Shown here: one piece after another, positions 25,401-35,911 of the stretch
How positions within the stretch are numbered: position 1 is the first letter of the stretch
Layout of the letters: each line of letters opens with the position of its first letter
From: Auanema rhodensis
Taxonomy: Eukaryota > Animalia > Nematoda
DNA length: 64,000 nt
Assembly (NCBI GenBank): GCA_964057225.1
Contig: OZ059896.1
Span: 4,712,001 to 4,776,000, forward strand
Direction: 5' to 3'
Notes under the pieces: model-generated
Told to the model about the DNA's origin: nothing
Databases searched by the model: none
What the model saw: only the letters and a program-made list of their open reading frames with translations
Translations under genes and position numbers: made by a program

Positions 25401-28400
25401 TTCTTGATACTTCTTCTTTGCTTTTAAAACTTGATTTTACCATGACTTGTTATAACTTTTTTTGAAACCTGTTCATATTTAAAATGTTTACTGATACTCT
25501 ATAGTACGTTATATATCTCTTGATAATTTTCTCATTCTTATTTGTATTTGTTAAAATTTCTTCATGTTTTCTTACTGAAAATGCTTCTTGATACTTTTTT
25601 TTGTTTTTAAAACTTGATTTTATCATGACTTGATATTACTTTCTTTCGTATCTTGTTCATGTAGTAAATAATTATTTACTCTAGTATACTTTGTACATTT
25701 CTTGATAATTTTCTCATTCTTCTTTGTATTTGTTAAAATTTCTTCATGTTTTCTTACTGAAAATCCTTCTTGATACTTCTTCTTTGCTTTTAAAACTCGA
25801 TTTTCCCATGAATTGATATTACTTTTTTTGAAACCTGTTCATATTTTAAATGTTTACTGATACTCTATAATACGTTATACATTTCTTGATAATTTTCTCA
25901 TTCTTCTTTGTATTTGTTAAAATTTCTTCATGTTTTCTTACTGAAAATCCTTCTTGATACTTCTTCTTTGCTTTTAAAACTTGATTTTACCATGACTTGT
26001 TATAACTTTTTTTGAAACCTGTTCATATTTAAAATGTTTACTGATACTCTATAGTACGTTATATATCTCTTGATAATTTTCTCATTCTTATTTGTATTTG
26101 TTAAAATTTCTTCATGTTTTCTTATTGAAAATCCTTCTTGATACTTCTTCTTTGTTTTTAATACTTGATTTTATCATGACTTGATATTACTTTCTTTCGT
26201 ATCTTGTTCATGTAGTAAATAATTATTTACTCTAGTATACTTTGTACATTTCTTGATAATTTTCTCATTCTTCTTTGTATTTGTTAAAATTTCTTCATGT
26301 TTTCTTACTGAAAATCCTTCTTGATACTTCTTCTTTGCTTTTAAAACTCGATTTTCCCATGAATTGATATTACTTTTTTTGAAACCTGTTCATATTTTAA
26401 ATGTTTACTGATACTCTATAATACGTTATACATTTCTTGATAATTTTCTCATTCTTCTTTGTATTTGTTAAAATTTCTTCATGTTTTCTTATTGAAAATC
26501 CTTCTTGATACTTCTTCTTTGTTTTTAATACTTGATTTTATCATGACTTGATATTACTTTCTTTCGTATCTTGTTCATGTAGTAAATAATTATTTACTCT
26601 AGTATACTTTGTACATTTCTTGATAATTTTCTCATTCTTATTTGTATTTGTTAAAATTTCTTCATGTTTTCTTACTGAAAATGCTTCTTGATACTTTTTT
26701 TTTGTTTTTAATACTTGATTTTACCATGACTTGTTATAACTTTCTTTCGTATCCTGTTCATGGAATAAATAATAGTTTACTCTAGTATACTTTGTACATT
26801 TCTTGATAATTTTCTCATTCTTATTTGTATTTGTTAAAATTTCTTCATGTTTTCTTACTGAAAATCCTTCTTGATACTTCTTCTTTGCTTTTAAAACTTG
26901 ATTTTACCATGACTTGTTATAACTTTTTTTGAAACCTGTTCATATTTAAAATGTTTACTGATACTCTATAGTACGTTATATATCTCTTGATAATTTTCTC
27001 ATTCTTATTTGTATTTGTTAAAATTTCTTCATGTTTTCTTACTGAAAATGCTTCTTGATACTTTTTTTTGTTTTTAATACTTGATTTTACCATGACTTGT
27101 TATAACTTTCTTTCGTATCCTGTTCATGGAATAAATAATAGTTTACTCTAGTATACTTTGTACATCTCCTGATAATTTTCTCATTCTTCTTTGTATTCTT
27201 GAAAATTTCTTCATGTTTTCTTACTGAAAATCCTTCTTGATACTTCTTCTTTGCTTTTAAAACTCGATTTTCCCATGAATTGATATTACTTTTTTTGAAA
27301 CCTGTTCATATTTTAAATGTTTACTGATACTCTATAATACGTTATACATTTCTTGATAATTTTCTCATTCTTCTTTGTATTTGTTAAAATTTCTTCATGT
27401 TTTCTTATTGAAAATCCTTCTTGATACTTCTTCTTTGCTTTTAATACTTCCCCATGAAATGATATTACTTTTTTTGAAACCTGTTCATATTTTAAATGTT
27501 TACTGATACTCTATAATATGTTATGCATCTTTCGATAATTTTCTCATTCTTTTTTGTATTTGTTAAAATTTCTTCATGTTTTCTTACTGAAAATCCTTCT
27601 TGATACTTCTTCTTTGCTTTTAAAACTTGATTTTACCATGACTTGTTATAACTTTTTTTGAAACCTGTTCATATTTAAAATGTTTACTGATACTCTATAA
27701 TACGTTATGCATCTCTTGATAATTTTTTCATTCTTCTTTGTATTTGTTAAAATTTCTTCATGTTTTCTTACTGAAAATCCTTCTTGATACTTTTTTTTTG
27801 TTTTTAATACTTGATTTTATCATGACTTGATATTACTTTTGTTGAAACCTGTTCATATTTTAAATGTTTACTGATACTCTAGTATAATTTGTACATCTTT
27901 CGATAATTTTCTCATTCTTCTTTGTATTTGTTAAAATTTCTTCATGTTTTCTTACTGAAAATCCTTCTTGATACTTCTTCTTTGCTTTTAAAACTTGATT
28001 TTACCATGACTTGTTATAACTTTTTTTGAAACCTGTTCATATTCCAAATGTTTACTGATACTCTATAATATGTTATGCATCTTTCGATAATTTTCTCATT
28101 CTTTTTTGTATTTGTTAAAATTTCTTCATGTTTTCTTACTGAAAATCCTTCTTGATACTTCTTCTTTGCTTTTAAAACTTGATTTTACCATGACTTGTTA
28201 TAACTTTTTTTGAAACCTGTTCATATTTAAAATGTTTACTGATACTCTATAGTACGTTATATATCTCTTGATAATTTTCTCATTCTTCTGTGTATTTGTT
28301 AAAATTTCTTCATGTTTTCCTACTGAAGATGCTTCTTGATACTTTTTTTTGTTTTTAATACTTGATTTTACCATGACTTGTTATAACTTTCTTTCGTATC

Positions 28401-31400
28401 ATGTTCATGGAATAAATAATATTTTACTCTAGTATATTTTGTACATCTCTTGATAATTTTCTCATTCTTTTTTGTATTTGTTAAAATTTCTTCCTGTTTT
28501 CTTACTGAAAATGCTTCTTGATACTTTTTTTTTGTTTTTAATACTTGATTTTATCATGACTTGATTTTACTTTTGTTGAAACCTGTTCATATTTTAAATG
28601 TTTACTGATACTCTAGTATACTTTGTACATCTTTCGATAATTTTGTCATTCTTTTTTGTATTTGTTAAAATTTCTTCATGTTTTCTTACTGAAAATCCTT
28701 CTTGATACTTCTTCTTTGCTTTTAAAACTTGATTTTACCATGACTTGTTATAACTTTTTTTGAAACCTGTTCATATTTAAAATGTTTACTGATACTCTAT
28801 AGTACGTTATATATCTCTTGATAATTTTCTCATTCTTATTTGTATTTGTTAAAATTTCTTCATGTTTTCTTACTGAAAATGCTTCTTGATACTTTTTTTT
28901 GTTTTTAAAACTTGATTTTATCATGACTTGATATTACTTTCTTTCGTATCTTGTTCATGTAGTAAATAATTATTTACTCTAGTATACTTTGTACATTTCT
29001 TGATAATTTTCTCATTCTTTTTTGTATTTGTTAAAATTTCTTCATGTTTTCTTACTGAAAATCCTTCTTGATACTTCTTCTTTGCTTTTAAAACTTGATT
29101 TTACCATGACTTGTTATAACTTTTTTTGAAACCTGTTCATATTTAAAATGTTTACTGATACTCTATAATACGTTATGCATCTCTTGATAATTTTTTCATT
29201 CTTCTTTGTATTTGTTAAAATTTCTTCATGTTTTCTTACTGAAAATCCTTCTTGATACTTTTTTTTTGTTTTTAATACTTGATTTTATCATGACTTGATA
29301 TTACTTTTGTTGAAACCTGTTCATATTTTAAATGTTTACTGATACTCTAGTATAATTTGTACATCTTTCGATAATTTTCTCATTCTTCTTTGTATTTGTT
29401 AAAATTTCTTCATGTTTTCTTACTGAAAATCCTTCTTGATACTTCTTCTTTGCTTTTAAAACTTGATTTTACCATGACTTGTTATAACTTTTTTTGAAAC
29501 CTGTTCATATTCCAAATGTTTACTGATACTCTATAATATGTTATGCATCTTTCGATAATTTTCTCATTCTTTTTTGTATTTGTTAAAATTTCTTCATGTT
29601 TTCTTACTGAAAATCCTTCTTGATACTTCTTCTTTGCTTTTAAAACTTGATTTTACCATGACTTGTTATAACTTTTTTTGAAACCTGTTCATATTTAAAA
29701 TGTTTACTGATACTCTATAGTACGTTATATATCTCTTGATAATTTTCTCATTCTTCTGTGTATTTGTTAAAATTTCTTCATGTTTTCCTACTGAAGATGC
29801 TTCTTGATACTTTTTTTTGTTTTTAATACTTGATTTTACCATGACTTGTTATAACTTTCTTTCGTATCATGTTCATGGAATAAATAATATTTTACTCTAG
29901 TATATTTTGTACATCTCTTGATAATTTTCTCATTCTTTTTTGTATTTGTTAAAATTTCTTCCTGTTTTCTTACTGAAAATGCTTCTTGATACTTTTTTTT
30001 TGTTTTTAATACTTGATTTTATCATGACTTGATTTTACTTTTGTTGAAACCTGTTCATATTTTAAATGTTTACTGATACTCTAGTATACTTTGTACATCT
30101 TTCGATAATTTTGTCATTCTTTTTTGTATTTGTTAAAATTTCTTCATGTTTTCTTACTGAAAATCCTTCTTGATACTTCTTCTTTGCTTTTAAAACTTGA
30201 TTTTACCATGACTTGTTATAACTTTTTTTGAAACCTGTTCATATTTAAAATGTTTACTGATACTCTATAGTACGTTATATATCTCTTGATAATTTTCTCA
30301 TTCTTATTTGTATTTGTTAAAATTTCTTCATGTTTTCTTACTGAAAATGCTTCTTGATACTTTTTTTTGTTTTTAAAACTTGATTTTATCATGACTTGAT
30401 ATTACTTTCTTTCGTATCTTGTTCATGTAGTAAATAATTATTTACTCTAGTATACTTTGTACATTTCTTGATAATTTTCTCATTCTTCTTTGTATTCTTA
30501 AAAATTTCTTCATGTTTTCTTACTGAAAATCCTTCTTGATACTTCTTCTTTGCTTTTAAAACTCGATTTTCCCATGAATTGATATTACTTTTTTTGAAAC
30601 CTGTTCATATTTTAAATGTTTACTGATACTCTATAATACGTTATACATTTCTTGATAATTTTCTCATTCTTCTTTGTATTTGTTAAAATTTCTTCATGTT
30701 TTCTTACTGAAAATCCTTCTTGATACTTCTTCTTTGCTTTTAAAACTTGATTTTACCATGACTTGTTATAACTTTTTTTGAAACCTGTTCATATTTAAAA
30801 TGTTTACTGATACTCTATAATACGTTATGCATCTCTTGATAATTTTTTCATTCTTCTTTGTATTTGTTAAAATTTCTTCATGTTTTCTTACTGAAAATCC
30901 TTCTTGATACTTCTTCTTTGCTTTTAAAACTTGATTTTACCATGACTTGTTATAACTTTTTTTGAAACCTGTTCATATTCCAAATGTTTACTGATACTCT
31001 ATAATATGTTATGCATCTTTCGATAATTTTCTCATTCTTTTTTGTATTTGTTAAAATTTCTTCATGTTTTCTTATTGAAAATCCTTCTTGATACTTCTTC
31101 TTTGCTTTTAATACTTCCCCATGAAATGATATTACTTTTTTTGAAACCTGTTCATATTTTAAATGTTTACTGATACTCTATAATATGTTAAGCATCTTTC
31201 GATAATTTTCTCATTCTTTTTTGTATTTGTTAAAATTTCTTCATGTTTTCTTACTGAAAATGCTTCTTGATACTTTTTTTTGTTTTTAATACTTGATTTT
31301 ACCATGACTTGTCATAACTTTCTTTCGTATCATGTTCATGGAATAAATAATATTTTACTCTAGTATATTTTGTACATCTCTTGATAATTTTCTCATTCTT

Positions 31401-34400
31401 CTTTGTATTCTTGAAAATTTCTTCATGTTTTCTTACTGAAAATCCTTCTTGATACTTCTTCTTTGCTTTTAAAACTCGATTTTCCCATGAATTGATATTA
31501 CTTTTTTTGAAACCTGTTCATATTTTAAATGTTTACTGATACTCTATAATACGTTATACATTTCTTGATAATTTTCTCATTCTTCTTTGTATTTGTTAAA
31601 ATTTCTTCATGTTTTCTTATTGAAAATCCTTCTTGATACTTCTTCTTTGCTTTTAATACTTCCCCATGAAATGATATTACTTTTTTTGAAACCTGTTCAT
31701 ATTTTAAATGTTTACTGATACTCTATAATATGTTATGCATCTTTCGATAATTTTCTCATTCTTTTTTGTATTTGTTAAAATTTCTTCATGTTTTCTTACT
31801 GAAAATCCTTCTTGATACTTCTTCTTTGCTTTTAAAACTTGATTTTACCATGACTTGTTATAACTTTTTTTGAAACCTGTTCATATTTAAAATGTTTACT
31901 GATACTCTATAATACGTTATGCATCTCTTGATAATTTTTTCATTCTTCTTTGTATTTGTTAAAATTTCTTCATGTTTTCTTACTGAAAATCCTTCTTGAT
32001 ACTTTTTTTTTGTTTTTAATACTTGATTTTATCATGACTTGATATTACTTTTGTTGAAACCTGTTCATATTTTAAATGTTTACTGATACTCTAGTATAAT
32101 TTGTACATCTTTCGATAATTTTCTCATTCTTCTTTGTATTTGTTAAAATTTCTTCATGTTTTCTTACTGAAAATCCTTCTTGATACTTCTTCTTTGCTTT
32201 TAAAACTTGATTTTACCATGACTTGTTATAACTTTTTTTGAAACCTGTTCATATTTAAAATGTTTACTGATACTCTATAATACGTTATGCATCTCTTGAT
32301 AATTTTTTCATTCTTCTTTGTATTTGTTAAAATTTCTTCATGTTTTCTTACTGAAAATCCTTCTTGATACTTCTTCTTTGCTTTTAAAACTTGATTTTAC
32401 CATGACTTGTTATAACTTTTTTTGAAACCTGTTCATATTCCAAATGTTTACTGATACTCTATAATATGTTATGCATCTTTCGATAATTTTCTCATTCTTT
32501 TTTGTATTTGTTGAAATTTCTTCATGTTTTCTTACTGAAAATCCTTCTTGATACTTCTTCTTTGCTTTTAAAACTTGATTTTACCATGACTTGTTATAAC
32601 TTTTTTTGAAACCTGTTCATATTCCAAATGTTTACTGATACTCTATAATATGTTATGCATCTTTCGATAATTTTCTCATTCTTTTTTGTATTTGTTAAAA
32701 TTTCTTCATGTTTTCCTACTGAAGATGCTTCTTGATACTTTTTTTTGTTTTTAATACTTGATTTTACCATGACTTGTTATAACTTTCTTTCGTATCATGT
32801 TCATGGAATAAATAATATTTTACTCTAGTATATTTTGTACATCTCTTGATAATTTTCTCATTCTTTTTTGTATTTGTTAAAATTTCTTCCTGTTTTCTTA
32901 CTGAAAATGCTTCTTGATACTTTTTTTTTGTTTTTAATACTTGATTTTATCATGACTTGATTTTACTTTTGTTGAAACCTGTTCATATTTTAAATGTTTA
33001 CTGATACTCTAGTATACTTTGTACATCTTTCGATAATTTTGTCATTCTGTTTTGTATTTGTTAAAATTTCTTCATGTTTTCTTACTGAAAATGCTTCTTG
33101 ATACTTTTTTTTTGTTTTAATACTTGATTTTATCATGACTTGATTTTACTTTTGTTGAAACCTGTTCATATTTTAAATGTTTACTGATACTCTAGTATAC
33201 TTTGTACATCTTTCGATAATTTTCTCATTCTTCTTTGTATTTGTTAAAATTTCTTCATGTTTTCTTACTAAAAATCCTTCTTGATACTTCTTCTTTGCTT
33301 TTAAAACTTGATTTTACCATGACTTGTTATAACTTTTTTTGAAACCTGTTCATATTTAAAATGTTTACTGATACTCTATAATACGTTATGCATCTCTTGA
33401 TAATTTTTTCATTCTTCTTTGTATTTGTTAAAATTTCTTCATGTTTTCTTACTGAAAATGCTTCTTGATACTTTTTTTTTGTTTTTAATACTTGATTTTA
33501 TCATGACTTGATATTACTTTTGTTGAAACCTGTTCATATTTTAAATGTTTACTGATACTCTAGTATAATTTGTACATCTTTCGATAATTTTCTCATTCTT
33601 CTTTGTATTTGTTAAAATTTCTTCATGTTTTCTTACTGAAAATCCTTCTTGATACTTCTTCTTTGCTTTTAAAACTTGATTTTACCATGACTTGTTATAA
33701 CTTTTTTTGAAACCTGTTCATATTTAAAATGTTTACTGATACTCTATAGTACGTTATATATCTCTTGATAATTTTCTCATTCTTCTTTGTATTTGTTAAA
33801 ATTTCTTCATGTTTTCTTACTGAAAATGCTTCTTGATACTTTTTTTTTGTTTTTAATACTTGATTTTATCATGACTTGATATTACTTTTGTTGAAACCTG
33901 TTCATATTTTAAATGTTTACTGATACTCTAGTATAATTTGTACATCTTTCGATAATTTTCTCATTCTTCTTTGTATTTGTTAAAATTTCTTCATGTTTTC
34001 TTGCTGAAAATCCTTCTTGATACTTCTTCTTTGCTTTTAAAACTTGATTTTACCATGACTTGTTATAACTTTTTTTGAAACCTGTTCATATTTAAAATGT
34101 TTACTGATACTCTATAGTACGTTATATATCTCTTGATAATTTTCTCATTCTTCTTTGTATTTGTTAAAATTTCTTCATGTTTTCTTACTGAAAATGCTTC
34201 TTGATATTTTTTTTTTGTTTTTAATACTTGATTTTATCATGACTTGATATTACTTTTGTTGAAACCTGTTCATATTTTAAATGTTTACTGATACTCTAGT
34301 ATAATTTGTACATCTTTCGATAATTTTCTCATTCTTCTTTGTATTTGTTAAAATTTCTTCATGTTTTCTTGCTGAAAATCCTTCTTGATACTTCTTCTTT

Positions 34401-34826
34401 GCTTTTAAAACTTGATTTTACCATGACTTGTTATAACTTTTTTTGAAACCTGTTCATATTTAAAATGTTTACTGATACTCTATAGTACGTTATATATCTC
34501 TTGATAATTTTCTCATTCTTCTTTGTATTTGTTAAAATTTCTTCATGTTTTCTTACTGAAAATCCTTCTTGATACTTCTTCTTTGCTTTTAATACTTTCC
34601 CATGAATTGATATTACTTTTTTTGAATCCTGTTCATATTTTAAATGTTTACTGATACTCTATAATACGTTATGCATCTCTTGATAATTTTCTCATTCTTA
34701 TTTGTATTTGTTAAAATTTCTTCATGTTTTCTTACTGAAAATGCTTCTTGATACTTTTTTTTTGTTTTTAATACTTAATTTTTCAATGACTTGTTATAAC
34801 TTTCTTTCGTATCCTGTTCATGGATA
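19416..34826 (-). repeat. ~180-bp satellite block 3 (~15.4 kb, ~85 monomers, several higher-order repeats)
   Basis: Continuous T-rich monomers of about 179-185 bp, with higher-order periods of 900/903, 724, 1468 and 368 bp. Confidence 0.97.
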
Positions 34827-35060
34827 ACAAATAAGAACAAACAATTATCAAGAGATGTACAAATTATACTACAGTATATAATTATTCATTCCATGAACAG
34901 GATACAAAAGAAAGTTATATCAAGTCATTGTAAAATCAAATAATAAAAGCAAAGAAGAAAAATCAAGAAGCACTTTCAATAAGAAAATGTGAAGAATTTT
35001 CAACAAATATAAATAAGATCAAACAATTATCAGGAGATGTATAGAGTATACTAGAGTAAA
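34827..35060 (+). repeat. ~180-bp satellite block 4 (diverged monomers; mirror of 16535-16768)
   Basis: Orientation switch at ...CATGGATAA|CAAATAAGAAC; reverse complement of 16535-16768. Confidence 0.9.
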
Positions 35061-35387
35061 TAAACCACGCCCACATTCCTAACGTCAATGAAAGCCGAAC
35101 TGTACAAATGCTAATATATTAACTAGTTAGCTAAATCTCAATATATACATTATATTTATATATATAAGTATAAATATGAAAAAAAAAAGAGAAAAAATAA
35201 AAATTAAAAAAAATACAACACTAAGAATATTCAAATTTTCAAAATAGCATAAGCAAGCAATGAAAATCTAAACAATCATATCATTTAAAAAAAAAGAAAG
35301 AGCGGTTGTAGTCAGCATCATTACTTCAACTTCTAATCAACAACAAGCACATAGCACAGATAAGTCAATCACTATTTTATTATTCAA

Positions 35388-35432
35388 TCATATAAATTCA
35401 AGACCTTTTCCTCCTTTACCACGTTCAGACAT
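35388..35432 (-). pseudogene. H4: Histone H4 5' fragment, second copy (MSERGKGGKGLEFI*)
   Basis: Exact reverse complement of 16161-16205. Confidence 0.88.
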
Positions 35433-35542
35433 GCTGATCAAGCTGTGTGTTGAATAGTAACCCTAGCATCTCCGTTATATACTAGTGCTGTAGAGGTCAC
35501 CGCGCAAAAACCCATTGTAATCGCCACCAAGCATATTGGCGC
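35433..35542 (-). promoter_or_regulatory. Putative histone H4 promoter and 5' UTR, second copy
   Basis: TTATATAC at 35475-35482 and ATTGG near 35535; mirror of 16051-16160. Confidence 0.65.
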
Positions 35543-35865
35543 TTAATTTTGCCGCTCAATTCTAGAAATGTATATTTAAATTTTATATAAACGATAAGAA
35601 TAACATAAACAACTGTTTATTTGCGAACAAACGTGGAATAGAAACATGTGAGGCATTAGATATGATCACTGTTGTTGTTATCAACATGAAAGCATAATTA
35701 ATGAAATTCATAAAAAAAAATAGAGATGGATATGGAGTATCAAAGATAGGGATTCTCCTTTACATAACAGCGAAACATATCCTATCAATTATCATTACAT
35801 AGCAAAAAAAGACAAGACAGACACAGTATTATATTATAAATCATTATGAATACATCAAATTTAAA

Positions 35866-35890
35866 TGTGGCCCTAAAGAGGGCCGTTGGG
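35866..35890 (-). promoter_or_regulatory. Histone 3' stem-loop, second copy
   Basis: TGT-GGCCCT-AAAG-AGGGCC-GTTGGG on the + strand (hairpin 35869-35884), the reverse complement of 15710-15725. Confidence 0.9.
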
Positions 35891-35911
35891 TTGTTGATTA
35901 GAAGTTGAAGT

